From contig JAQGDQ010000347.1 in the NCBI GenBank assembly GCA_030141605.1, positions 1 to 59,491 on the forward strand: a DNA stretch of 59,491 nt, read 5' to 3'. The translations under genes were made by a program, and so were the position numbers. Below are positions 1 through 9,548 of the stretch, in pieces (within the stretch, counting starts at the first letter, position 1; each line of letters opens with the position of its first letter). The notes under the pieces were generated by a model. The model did not search any database. It saw nothing but the letters and a program-made list of their open reading frames with translations, and had not been told where the DNA came from. The DNA is from Tubiluchus corallicola (Eukaryota; Animalia; Priapulida).

Positions 1-27
1 TGAACAGTTTAATTCAGGGGAAGAGCT

Positions 28-1674
28 CCTGTTTTGTGCACCACAACGACGCCCCAAGAATGCACTACTGATTATCAGTAAGATAGGAATTTCAAATTTG
101 CATTTTGGGTGCTGCATGCTTAATTTTATGCATGTTTGTCCGAAAAAATAAGAATCGGAGTGGTTCTGTGAGTGTACAGATAATCTCAAAAAATCATGGT
201 AAATATAAGGTTGTAAAAACCGTAGGTTGCGCAAAAACAAAGCGGGAAGAAGAATTGCTTTTATTGCTTACCAACACAGAGATAGAGCGGCTTAGGGGCA
301 TGCAATCGCTTTTTGTTGAACACGATGATTTGGTGGTTGAAAACTTTGTGGACAGCATTGCAAACAATCATTTACAAGTTGTAGGAAGTGAATTAATTTT
401 AGGCAAAATTTATCAAGTCTTTAACTTTCCGGATGATGGGTGCTGCAATTATTTTCGCAACCTGGTATTATGTCGGTTAGTGTACCCGGGAAGCAAATTA
501 AAAACCGTTGACTATTTTAGACAGCACCTGAATACAGATGTTAGCGTACACACTATTTATCGTTTCCTTGACGAGCTAAATACAAGTTTAAAGCCACAAA
601 TTGAACAACTTACCTTTAAGCACACCAGGAAGCTACTAAAAGGAAAGATAAGTGTCGCATTTTATGATATGACCACATTGTATTTTGAGGTATCAGAAGA
701 AGATGACTACCGTATTCCCGGATTCAACAAAGATGGCAAGCATCAACAACCGCAAATAATGATAGGTTTACTGGTGGGTAAATATGGATACCCGATTGGC
801 TATCAAATATTCGAGGGAAACACCTCTGAAACAAAAACACTAATCCCTGTTCTGGAAGCCTTTCAAAATAAATTTAATATCGAAAGGCCTATTGTAGTTG
901 CCGATGCAGCTTTACTCTCGCAGAAGAACATAAATGCCTTGATTGAAAACAAATACGAGTACATACTTGGAGGACGGATAAAGAATGAAAGTCAAAAAAT
1001 AAAAGAAAAAATTATAGCTCTTGATATTAAAGAAAACAAGCCAGTTGAGTTGAAAAACAAGAATGGAAGGTTGATTATCAGCTTCTCAGAAAAAAGAGCC
1101 TTCAACGATAAAAAAAACAGAGAGAAGGGCTTAAAAAGACTTGAAAAACGTGTTGCTTCCGGCAAGCTAACAAAGAATCACATAAATAATCGCGGGTATA
1201 ATAAATATCTGAATCTGTCGGGGGAGATTGCCGTTAAAATCGACTACGATAAGTTCCAGTCAGATAGAGTTTGGGATGGGTTGAAGGGTTATGTAACCAA
1301 TACCCATTTACCGAGAAAAGATGTTATCGGGAATTATAGTCAGTTGTGGCAAGTGGAAAAAGCTTTTCGTATATCAAAAACTGATTTACGAATACGGCCA
1401 GTTTATCACCGCTTAAAAGAACGCATTGAAGCCCATATCTGTATTTGTTTCACAGCCTATGCCATTTACAAAGAGCTGGAAAGGTTATTGAAGGCAAATA
1501 ATATTGATATCTCTGCTGAAAAAGCCTTGGAACAAATCCGGCAGATCAGGCAGCTGCAATACACTCTGCCCAAATCGAAACAAGTCAGAACAAAAATATT
1601 ACAGCCAACTGAAATGCAAAAAAAGTTGTTAAATATGAAATTATAAACTTGGGTGCTGCAATGCACAAAACAGG
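28..1674 (+). mobile_element. IS1634-family insertion sequence, copy 1 (1647 bp), inserted in the 5' end of an IS256 transposase gene
   Basis: 13-bp TIRs CCTGTTTTGTGCA (28-40) and TGCACAAAACAGG (1662-1674); near-identical to the copies at 26717-28362 and 42525-44171; IS256 sequence on both sides. Confidence 0.93.
132..1646 (+). CDS. IS1634-family DDE transposase (likely start ATG 132, MFVRK; ORF track starts at TTG 105)
   Basis: Motifs FYDMTTLYFE, GFNKDG, IVVADAAL, DGLKGYVTN, QVEKAFRISKTDLRIRPVYH, IEAHICICF are typical of IS1634/IS1549-type transposases. Confidence 0.9.
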   Translation: MFVRKNKNRSGSVSVQIISKNHGKYKVVKTVGCAKTKREEELLLLLTNTEIERLRGMQSLFVEHDDLVVENFVDSIANNHLQVVGSELILGKIYQVFNFPDDGCCNYFRNLVLCRLVYPGSKLKTVDYFRQHLNTDVSVHTIYRFLDELNTSLKPQIEQLTFKHTRKLLKGKISVAFYDMTTLYFEVSEEDDYRIPGFNKDGKHQQPQIMIGLLVGKYGYPIGYQIFEGNTSETKTLIPVLEAFQNKFNIERPIVVADAALLSQKNINALIENKYEYILGGRIKNESQKIKEKIIALDIKENKPVELKNKNGRLIISFSEKRAFNDKKNREKGLKRLEKRVASGKLTKNHINNRGYNKYLNLSGEIAVKIDYDKFQSDRVWDGLKGYVTNTHLPRKDVIGNYSQLWQVEKAFRISKTDLRIRPVYHRLKERIEAHICICFTAYAIYKELERLLKANNIDISAEKALEQIRQIRQLQYTLPKSKQVRTKILQPTEMQKKLLNMKL

Positions 1675-2864
1675 AAGAAGATTTATTAAATGATGATTTC
1701 CTTGAACAGTTTAATTCAGGGGAAGAGCTCAATGGTTTTTTACAAGAGCTCCAAAAACGAGGCATTGAAAAGATGCTTGAAGGAGAACTCGATGGTCATT
1801 TAGGCTATGATAAGAATCAAAAATCGGATAATCAGAATGTCCGCAATGGCTATTCAGAGAAGAGAGTCCGAACCACTCTGGGAGAATCCAACATTCAGGT
1901 TCCCCGAGACCGTGATGCTTCGTTTAATCCGATGATTGTACCCAAAGGAGGGAACATGGTCGATGGCTTAGAGAATATCATTGTTTCGTTTTATGCTAAA
2001 GGAATGAGTAATAGCGATATTGAAGAGCAAATTCGGGAGCTATACGGTTTTGAAGTTTCTACATCCACCATATCAAGGATTACCGATTCAGTCACCAACG
2101 ACATTGTAGCGTGGCAGAACCGACCTCTGGAAATTGTATACCTAATTGTTTGGATGGATGGCATTGTATTTAAAGTGCGGGAGAACTCTAAGGTCGTCAA
2201 CAAAACCGTTTACATTGCCGTAGGACTTCGCAGAGATGGGAAAAAAGAGGTTCTTGGCTTATGGTTGGGCAAGAGTGAGTCCGCTGCCTTTTGGATGAAC
2301 GTACTTACCGATATGAAAGCCCGTGGAGTTAACGATATCCTGATTACGGCAACAGATAACTTGAATGGCTTTACAGATACTATCCGAACTGTTTTCCCTG
2401 AATCTAAAACACAAATATGTGTTGTTCATCAAATCCGTAACGCAAGCAGATACGTGGTTTGGAAAGATAAAAAGGCATTTACAAAAGATATGAAGCAAAT
2501 CTATAACGCCCCTACAAAAGAGGCTGCAAAAGCAGCTTTAGAAGATTTTGCAGCAGCTTGGGAGGATAAATACTCTTACGCAATTAAAAGCTGGCGAGAC
2601 AACTGGGAAGACCTAACAGTATTCTTTGAGTTTCCGCTGGAAATCAGAAAGATAATTTATACAACCAACCTGATTGAGAATCTCAACGGAAAAATCAGAA
2701 AATACACAAAAAACAAACTTTCATTCCCGTCAGACCAGGCTGTAATGAAATCTGTATTTTTGGCAACCAGAGAAGCAACTAAAAAATGGTCAATGCCAAT
2801 CAGAAACTGGGGCATTGTCTTGAATCAGTTCTTAGTTATATTTGAAAAAAGGGTCCAGCTATAA
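1653..2864 (+). CDS. IS256-family transposase with a chimeric N-terminus (MLQCTKQE from the IS1634 end replacing MKK)
   Basis: About 99% identical to 12204-13400; motifs [43 protein letters not shown]. Confidence 0.9.
   Translation: MLQCTKQEEDLLNDDFLEQFNSGEELNGFLQELQKRGIEKMLEGELDGHLGYDKNQKSDNQNVRNGYSEKRVRTTLGESNIQVPRDRDASFNPMIVPKGGNMVDGLENIIVSFYAKGMSNSDIEEQIRELYGFEVSTSTISRITDSVTNDIVAWQNRPLEIVYLIVWMDGIVFKVRENSKVVNKTVYIAVGLRRDGKKEVLGLWLGKSESAAFWMNVLTDMKARGVNDILITATDNLNGFTDTIRTVFPESKTQICVVHQIRNASRYVVWKDKKAFTKDMKQIYNAPTKEAAKAALEDFAAAWEDKYSYAIKSWRDNWEDLTVFFEFPLEIRKIIYTTNLIENLNGKIRKYTKNKLSFPSDQAVMKSVFLATREATKKWSMPIRNWGIVLNQFLVIFEKRVQL
1675..1729 (+). repeat. Right copy of an inferred 55-bp target duplication of IS1634 copy 1; the left copy is cut by the window edge (1-27 visible)
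   Basis: 1-27 (tgaacagtttaattcaggggaagagct) equals 1703-1729; comparison with the intact IS256 at 12204 shows the repeat begins within codon 3 of the transposase. Confidence 0.8.
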
Positions 2865-2916
2865 ATAGCCAAACCCTCGGTATTTTTTTAGTTTACACAC
2901 TTTGTGAAACAGTGTC

Positions 2917-3066
2917 TTTCGGTGTGACCGTGCCACTCTTTTCGGTCAAACAGTGCCACTTTGAAAGATGCTACAGTAATACAATATTTTTAGTCAGTTA
3001 GCACTATCTAAAATCAGATTGTACTCTTTACTCCGGATTGGGTGTACACTTTCACCGGAATATTCA
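2917..3066. mobile_element. IS21-like miniature non-autonomous element or remnant, truncated by IS256
   Basis: Terminus reads TGAATATTCCGGTGAAAGTGTACACC on the minus strand with a second sub-terminal copy; the other side has tandem ttcggt-N-gtgccact motifs; repeated sub-terminal motifs and TG...CA ends are typical of IS21; no ORF. Confidence 0.55.
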
Positions 3067-3069
3067 TGA

Positions 3070-3795
3070 TCATAACTTAAAGTCTAGTTTCTTATTCTCT
3101 ATAAGATAAGTCATAAAGTCAAAATCAATAGGATGATCCAAGTCAAAACAAATATGAGGTACTACATAAATCATAGACCTTTCTGTAGCAGCTGTTTTTA
3201 ATCTTAAATCAAAAAATTCTTTACGGTAAATATAAAAAGATCCATTTAAGTCATAAACACTTGGTGCGGTTTGTCTTGAAAGGACATCATTTTCGGGCTT
3301 GCAAATCAATGAATAATATCCATTATTCTTTTTTTCTACCATATTAAAGTAGGGATTTCTATTTGCGAGACTGACTGAAAATAAATTTAAAGCATTAGCG
3401 TCAGACTCTATTAAATCTAAAGCATCCTGAATATCTTTCAAGGTCCTCAACGGAGAGCTTACATCCAAATCTAACAAATAGTCAAACTCACACTTAAAAT
3501 GGTCTTCAGAGAAGAAAAGTGCATCATATAACACATCTACTTTTCCTATAGTATCTGTTGCTAAAAAATCCGGACGTATATATGGACACTCTATACCCGC
3601 TTGTCTCGCACAGTCTAAAATTTCATTACAATCTGTGGATACTATAATTTCAACTTCATATTTCCATCTTTTTTTTAACTCAATTGCCTGCTCAAGAGAA
3701 TAATGCAAAAGTGGTTTCCCTAAAATTTTTTTTATGTTTTTTTTAGGAATTCCTTTAGATCCCCCTCGTGCGCATACGGTTATTAATATTTTCAT
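3070..3795 (-). CDS. legF: Acylneuraminate (CMP-nonulosonate) cytidylyltransferase, LegF/NeuA-like
   Basis: CARGGSKGIPKKN, VSTD, SPLR, NGSFY motifs; last gene of the leg cluster. Confidence 0.85.
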   Translation of the reverse strand: MKILITVCARGGSKGIPKKNIKKILGKPLLHYSLEQAIELKKRWKYEVEIIVSTDCNEILDCARQAGIECPYIRPDFLATDTIGKVDVLYDALFFSEDHFKCEFDYLLDLDVSSPLRTLKDIQDALDLIESDANALNLFSVSLANRNPYFNMVEKKNNGYYSLICKPENDVLSRQTAPSVYDLNGSFYIYRKEFFDLRLKTAATERSMIYVVPHICFDLDHPIDFDFMTYLIENKKLDFKL

Positions 3796-4836
3796 TTATC
3801 TAATATGTTTTTCGATTTCTTGTGCTTTATTATAATCTTCATGTCTTCCAATATCAATCCAATAACCAAAAATTGGATTTTGTATAACATTGCCTCCACT
3901 ATCCAATACATCCTGAATTAAGTCTGTAATATTATAAAACTCATTATAAGGAACTCGCTTAACTATTTCTTTTTTTAGAATATATATGCCTGCATTAGCA
4001 TAGTATGTATTATTAGGTTTTTCTTTAAAGGACAATACTCTATTACCATCTCCATCAAAAATAGCATATGGAATATTTACTGTGTAGGGTACTGACGAAA
4101 TTCCTATTTCGGCGTAAGCATTCAAAGTATTCAGGTATAAATCCTCAAAGTCAACATCAGTAAATAAGTCACTATTCATTACCAGAATGTGATCAGACTG
4201 AAAATTAGTCACCAAAGATAATGCTCCTGCAGTACCTAAAGGTTTGTCTTCCCAAACATATTCAATTGAAACTCCTTTTGAAGATCCATCTCCAAGATAA
4301 TCTACAATTTGCTGCCCCAGATATTTAACAGATATATAAAATTTTTCAATTCCATACCTGACTAACCGATCAATATTGTGTTCAATAATGGGCTTATTCC
4401 CCAATGGTAACATGGGCTTTGGCTTGATTTCTGTAAGTGGTCGTAATCGTTTTCCTTTTCCTCCAGCCATAATCATACACTCAAGCGGAAGGATACTTTT
4501 TCGCTTCTTCAGATCATAAACCTTTATTATGCGCTGGTGCTCATCAAGAAGAGGAAGTAACCTTATGCCTAAATCACGTACTCTTCTAAGATCCCATACT
4601 GAAAAGCCATTTTCTATTTTATGAAATCTAGTTGACATAAATGCCGTAACCATATCATTCACAGATAAACCGTTAATCAACCCCCTGCGAATATCACCAT
4701 CAGTAAGTGTTCCTGTTAAACATTTATTTTCATCTAGAACAAATAGTGTCAAAGTTTTTGGAACTTTATTTAATTTCTTCAAGGCTTCTAGAGCACTTTC
4801 TGAATGGTATATTATACTTTTAGAGAAATCATTCAT
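3796..4836 (-). CDS. CBS-domain sugar-phosphate nucleotidyltransferase (PtmE-like)
   Basis: N-terminal GTLTDGDIRR CBS region; MAGGKGKRLRPLT, PKPM, PLGTAGAL, WIDIG motifs. Confidence 0.85.
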   Translation of the reverse strand: MNDFSKSIIYHSESALEALKKLNKVPKTLTLFVLDENKCLTGTLTDGDIRRGLINGLSVNDMVTAFMSTRFHKIENGFSVWDLRRVRDLGIRLLPLLDEHQRIIKVYDLKKRKSILPLECMIMAGGKGKRLRPLTEIKPKPMLPLGNKPIIEHNIDRLVRYGIEKFYISVKYLGQQIVDYLGDGSSKGVSIEYVWEDKPLGTAGALSLVTNFQSDHILVMNSDLFTDVDFEDLYLNTLNAYAEIGISSVPYTVNIPYAIFDGDGNRVLSFKEKPNNTYYANAGIYILKKEIVKRVPYNEFYNITDLIQDVLDSGGNVIQNPIFGYWIDIGRHEDYNKAQEIEKHIR

Positions 4837-5989
4837 CTCCTGATATTTTACAATCGTAGAAAATTTTCTTAATATCTATTGAGCTTGTTTCTTTTAGGAT
4901 TTTCAATATTTTTTCTGAAGCAGTTCCGTTTCCATAAGGATATCCTCTTTTGATATTCCGATTAAACTGAAAGGCCTTTTCTATTGATTTCCTGATGCTA
5001 TTTTTATTAGGCTCACAGTTTAAAATGGTTTCTCCCATGATTCGTCCTTTTTGTCTGTCTCCAATATTAACAGTAGGCATATTAAAAGCGGGTGCTTCAA
5101 GAATTCCACTCGAAGAGTTACCTATAACAATATCTACATGTTTCATAGTAGAAAGGTATCTTAATTGCCCTAAAGATTCAAATTCAACAGATCTTTCAGG
5201 ATATTTTTTTACAAAAGTATCTATCATATGAGTTATGATTCTCCCTCCTTTATCAGAGTTTGGCTTTGTAAAAATAATATGAGTATCCGGTAATTCTTCA
5301 AAAACCTTTAACAGTTCATTAAACTGTTCTTGTGCTGTCAAATTTTCCAATGTTACAGGATGGAAGGTGGCCAAGATGTTCTTTTTCCCTAGTTTAAAAC
5401 CAATTGCTTTTTCAAGATCCTTTTTATTTAATAATTTTAGGTGTTTTATGTTATCTAGGCCTATTGCTCCTACATTGAAAACAGTAGAGGGCTGTTCTCC
5501 CAATTGGATAACTCTTTTACGATAATCTTCTGTTGAGGTAAAGTGTAGATGACTCATTTTTGTTATTGAATGTCTTATCGCATCATCATAAACACCTTCT
5601 GTTAATTCTCCCCCATGTATGTGAGCAATGGGAATTCCTGCGATTAACGCGGAGCTGGCTACTGCAAAAGCCTCTGTTCTGTCTCCCAATATTATGAGTA
5701 AGTCTGGCTCTAGACCTTCTAAAGCTTCTGCGAATGAGATTTGTGCCAGTCCTATTGTTTTAGAAATTCCTACTGCTGTATCAGAAGAAAGCAATATTTC
5801 AATTTTTTTGTCTATCGAGAACCCATCTTTTTCTATCTCCTTATAAGTCAATCCAAACTCAGGTGATAAATGCATACCTGTTGCTATTAGCTGCAGTTTT
5901 AACTGGTCATCATGTTTGAGTTTTTTTATTAGCTGAAAAAGCAAACCATATTCTGCCCGTGTACCAGTAAATACGCATATTTTTTTCAT
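4829..5989 (-). CDS. neuC: Hydrolysing NDP-N-acetylhexosamine 2-epimerase (NeuC/LegG)
   Basis: TGTRAEYG, TGMHLSPEFG, LGDR, HIHGGE, GNSSSG, NIGDRQKGR motifs. Confidence 0.9.
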   Translation of the reverse strand: MKKICVFTGTRAEYGLLFQLIKKLKHDDQLKLQLIATGMHLSPEFGLTYKEIEKDGFSIDKKIEILLSSDTAVGISKTIGLAQISFAEALEGLEPDLLIILGDRTEAFAVASSALIAGIPIAHIHGGELTEGVYDDAIRHSITKMSHLHFTSTEDYRKRVIQLGEQPSTVFNVGAIGLDNIKHLKLLNKKDLEKAIGFKLGKKNILATFHPVTLENLTAQEQFNELLKVFEELPDTHIIFTKPNSDKGGRIITHMIDTFVKKYPERSVEFESLGQLRYLSTMKHVDIVIGNSSSGILEAPAFNMPTVNIGDRQKGRIMGETILNCEPNKNSIRKSIEKAFQFNRNIKRGYPYGNGTASEKILKILKETSSIDIKKIFYDCKISGDE

Positions 5990-6738
5990 ATTTTATATCG
6001 TTTATATAGAATAGGGATTACTATTCTGTTTACTAAAGAGAATATACGGGTTCCAACATAAGATCTGGTAAGTGCTCTTACTTGATTATATATGGTACTT
6101 GCATTCATTCTAAAATCAATTAATCCGTCATTTTTATTTCTTTTCCTCCAATAATTAGCCAAACTATGATTCTGTTTTTCTCTTTTGTACGTACCATTAC
6201 ATAATTCTGGATAAACCTTTTCTACTTGCTCTACTCCTGTTCTCACTATTTTGTTGTATAAACTATAAGCATCATCTGAACTTGATACATCAACCTCGGA
6301 TTGTGATAGGATATCTCCATCATCAGCTCCTTCGGACATGAAGAAGAAAGTAGAAGTAGATACCTCTAAACCTAATGCCAAGGTCCAGATCAGGAGATGC
6401 CTCCCTCTATTCATAGGTAGTTTCGCTGGATGGAAGCCAACAACTCCCATTTTAGGAGTATTCAAAACTTCTTTTTTTAATAGTTGAGACCACCCAAAGC
6501 AAAAGATAATATCTGGGGTTTTTTCTTTTATCCAGTTTATATTCTCCTCTTTGTTTATATTGTCTACATATTTAAAAGGAAGTTCGTTTTTTGTAGCTAT
6601 TTCTGACAGATCAACAAAGTCTGAATTAAAGTCTGATTCTTCTTTAGTTATGACTCCAACAATATTTGCTTTTAGCTCTATCAGTTTTGACAGAATCTTT
6701 TCACTAAACAAAACTGTTCCTATAAAAACAATCTTCAT
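5986..6738 (-). CDS. Formyltransferase (Fmt-like sugar N-formyltransferase), C-terminus probably truncated
   Basis: MKIVFIG, GFHPAKLPMNRG, ADDGDILSQ, QVRALT motifs; only 250 aa, and the tail does not look like the family after RALT. Confidence 0.75.
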   Translation of the reverse strand: MKIVFIGTVLFSEKILSKLIELKANIVGVITKEESDFNSDFVDLSEIATKNELPFKYVDNINKEENINWIKEKTPDIIFCFGWSQLLKKEVLNTPKMGVVGFHPAKLPMNRGRHLLIWTLALGLEVSTSTFFFMSEGADDGDILSQSEVDVSSSDDAYSLYNKIVRTGVEQVEKVYPELCNGTYKREKQNHSLANYWRKRNKNDGLIDFRMNASTIYNQVRALTRSYVGTRIFSLVNRIVIPILYKRYKI

Positions 6739-6766
6739 ATTATAATTGTAATTATTAATCTATTTC

Positions 6767-7774
6767 CTATATTTCAATCAATTCGTCTTTTTCAAATGAT
6801 CTTTTAGCTACCTTTCCCAGTATTTCATTCCACTTCATTGGGCTCATTCCTTTTCCCGGACGTTTAACAGTCAGGTTTTCGTCAGTAAATACCTCGCCTT
6901 TCGTTATTTTCTTTGCTGCTACAATACTTTTTCGAGCAATATTTATATTTTTTTGTTCGCTCGGGCTTGGTTCTTTTATGCCTGATCCAGAAATAGCTAA
7001 TTCTACATTTCGAATTGCTTCGATCATTGTTTTCAACTCACCAGGCTCTAGAGATGCTCTATGATCCGGGCCATCCATGTTTCTATCAAGTGTAAAATGC
7101 TTTTCTATTACCTTTGCTCCAAGGGCTACTGCTGCTATAGACACTTCAATTCCTAAAGTATGATCTGAGTAGCCTATAGTAACTCCAAGGTTTTCTTTGA
7201 TAGTATTCATGGCTTTTAAATTTACATCTCGCATTGGAGTGGGGTATTCTGTATTACAGTGCAATACAGTTATGTCGTTTTTACTTATCCCTTCTTCTGT
7301 AAAAACATCTAACACCTTCTTTATTTCTTCCATATTTGCCATACCTGTACTTACAATAAGTGGTTTCCCTTTTTTAGCAATATGTTGTAGGTATGGTTTA
7401 TTGGTAATCTCTCCAGAAGGAATTTTAAAAAAGGGGATGTTGAGCTCTGCAAGAAAGTCTATACTTGGATGATCAAAACCTGTTGCAAGAAAACCTATGT
7501 GATTATTTCTGCAAATTTGCTGAAGTTGCTCAAACTGTTCAAAGCTTAGTTCTAATTTCCGCACCATCTCTAACTGCGTTTCTGAACTATCACTTGTATT
7601 CTTTTTTTGGTATACTGCTTTCTCTGCGGTTTCTACTATATTTAATTCTGCTATAAAGACTTGAAATTTTACATAGTCAGCTCCAGCTTTAGCTGCTTCA
7701 ATTATTAGCTTCTTAGCAATTTGAAGGTTTCCGTTATGGTTTACTCCTGCTTCTGCAATTATTAACGTTTTCAC
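6767..7774 (-). CDS. neuB: N-acetylneuraminate/legionaminate synthase (NeuB/LegI)
   Basis: IIAEAGVNHNG, KIPSGEITN, LHCNTEYP, GYSDHT, IEKHFTLD motifs and a C-terminal SAF/AFP domain. Confidence 0.93.
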   Translation of the reverse strand: MKTLIIAEAGVNHNGNLQIAKKLIIEAAKAGADYVKFQVFIAELNIVETAEKAVYQKKNTSDSSETQLEMVRKLELSFEQFEQLQQICRNNHIGFLATGFDHPSIDFLAELNIPFFKIPSGEITNKPYLQHIAKKGKPLIVSTGMANMEEIKKVLDVFTEEGISKNDITVLHCNTEYPTPMRDVNLKAMNTIKENLGVTIGYSDHTLGIEVSIAAVALGAKVIEKHFTLDRNMDGPDHRASLEPGELKTMIEAIRNVELAISGSGIKEPSPSEQKNINIARKSIVAAKKITKGEVFTDENLTVKRPGKGMSPMKWNEILGKVAKRSFEKDELIEI

Positions 7775-7780
7775 AATTAT

Positions 7781-8410
7781 TTAATTTTTCTTATGGGCTC
7801 TCCTGAATATATCCCTGGTTGGTTTATTGGTTACATTACTCCCAGCTGAAATTATTGAATTATCAGCAACATTAATATTATTTGCGAGTACAGTATTACT
7901 TCCCACAAAGCATTCATTCCCTAAATGCGTTTGACCATTAATGACTGCGTTCGTAGAAATATGACAATGGTCTCCCACTACCACTTCATGCTCAAGCAAG
8001 CATCCTGTGTTCAAGATACAGTTGTGTCCAACAACAGCTTCTGCATTTACAGTGGTTCTATGCATAATGATACTACCAGCTCCAACTTGTGCATATTCAC
8101 TTACATAGGCTAAAGGCGATTTTATTATAGGTAATTCTACACCTAATTTTTTCAATCTGTTAAAAAATTTCTTTCTCAAGTTCGCGTTTTTAATCTGCCC
8201 GACAGTTATTAGAAAGTAGTTATACTTTTGGGCAAGAAGTGTTAAATCTTCATCAGAAGCAATAATTGGATATCCTAGTACTTTTTCCCCAATTTTCTCG
8301 GGCAAATCAACAATTCCTGCAATTGTATATTTATTTTCTTGTTCAATTACATCTATACAAGACTTACAGTGCCCACCACCACCAACAAGAATAATTTCTT
8401 TTTTATCCAT
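7781..8410 (-). CDS. NeuD/PglD-family sugar acetyltransferase (LegH role)
   Basis: GGGGHCKSCIDVIE, hexapeptide repeats, EHE-V-GDHCHIS; C-terminal tail atypical. Confidence 0.85.
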   Translation of the reverse strand: MDKKEIILVGGGGHCKSCIDVIEQENKYTIAGIVDLPEKIGEKVLGYPIIASDEDLTLLAQKYNYFLITVGQIKNANLRKKFFNRLKKLGVELPIIKSPLAYVSEYAQVGAGSIIMHRTTVNAEAVVGHNCILNTGCLLEHEVVVGDHCHISTNAVINGQTHLGNECFVGSNTVLANNINVADNSIISAGSNVTNKPTRDIFRRAHKKN

Positions 8411-9548
8411 TACTAATTACACTACTAGGTATATTTACAACTTTTTCTTCTAACCACTCTGCATTATCTGAAGAAGCTACCTCACAATCTTTATACATAG
8501 CCAGCTTATGCATTAACTTCCAAATTGGACGTGTCATAACTCCCTTTTCGTTTGTATATGTCAAAAACTTTTCTCTTTCTTCAAAGTTATTGAAGACAAT
8601 AGACATTAACCAGTAGTTTGCAAATGCATCTTTTTCTTCTGTCAAGAATCGGATGTTGGTTTTTTCAAAAAGATCAGCATACTTACGCGCCTGAGTTCTT
8701 TTTCGTTTTATAAAATCATCCAGTTGTTCCAGCTGTGCGCAAGCCATTGCTGCATTCAAGTTAGGCATTCGATAATTGTAGGCTGGCATATCATGTATAT
8801 ACTCCCATTTATGAGGGACTTTTGCTGTTGTTGTAATGTGTTTTGCCAGTTTAGCTAGTTTTTCGTCATTTGTGGTAATTGCTCCACCTCCCCCACAAGT
8901 AACGGTTTTATTTCCATTAAAACTAAAGATCCCCAGATTTCCAAAACTCCCTGTTGCTTGTCCTTTGTATTTACTTCCTATTGATTCTGCTGCGTCCTCA
9001 ACCACTTGAATGTTATGGGTATTGCATATTTCTACTATTTTATCAATCCTACAGGGAAAACCAAAAGTGTGCATCGGCACACATGCTGTAACTTGTCTTC
9101 CGGTATTTTTGTTAATACAGAAACCTCCTCTTTGTTCTGTTTTGTTTTCTAAGAAATCTCTCAACGCATCTGGAGAAAGGCCAAGTGTTGTTTTATCAAC
9201 ATCTACAAACACGGGAACAGCACCTGTATAAGTAATTGCATTAGCAGTAGCCACAAAGGTTAATGGCTGGGTGATGACTTCTGTGCCTTTTTTCACTCCG
9301 GAAAGTATCAGTGCAATATGCAAAGAGGCTGTTCCGTTTACAGTTGCCACAGCATAACGTGTTCCTGCTACTTCTGCCATCATGGTTTCGAAACGGTTCA
9401 CATATTCTCCTACTGAAGAAACAAATGTTGAGTCAATTGCATCCATAACATACTTTCGCTCATTGCCATAGAATCTCGGTTCGTGAAGAGGAATAAAGCT
9501 TTCTGTGTTATAGAGTTTTCTTATATAGGTTACAATATCTTTATACAT
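8403..9548 (-). CDS. legC: LegC-family PLP aminotransferase (DegT/DnrJ type)
   Basis: IPLHEP, FVSSVG, VNGTASLH, EDAAESIGS, SFNGNKTVTCGGGG, YNYRMPNLNAA. Confidence 0.9.
   Translation of the reverse strand: MYKDIVTYIRKLYNTESFIPLHEPRFYGNERKYVMDAIDSTFVSSVGEYVNRFETMMAEVAGTRYAVATVNGTASLHIALILSGVKKGTEVITQPLTFVATANAITYTGAVPVFVDVDKTTLGLSPDALRDFLENKTEQRGGFCINKNTGRQVTACVPMHTFGFPCRIDKIVEICNTHNIQVVEDAAESIGSKYKGQATGSFGNLGIFSFNGNKTVTCGGGGAITTNDEKLAKLAKHITTTAKVPHKWEYIHDMPAYNYRMPNLNAAMACAQLEQLDDFIKRKRTQARKYADLFEKTNIRFLTEEKDAFANYWLMSIVFNNFEEREKFLTYTNEKGVMTRPIWKLMHKLAMYKDCEVASSDNAEWLEEKVVNIPSSVISNG

Larger units (their letters stand above)
1..2916 (+). mobile_element. IS256-family element, copy 1 (left end outside the window, interrupted by IS1634)
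   Basis: Right end gtttacacactttgtgaaacagtgtc ends at 2916; identity with copy 2 stops exactly there. Confidence 0.88.

Noticed and set aside
3000-3010. agcactatct matching the IS256 left end (also ctatctcataaa near 25305)
   Set aside because: Only 10-12 bp in AT-rich sequence with no continuation.
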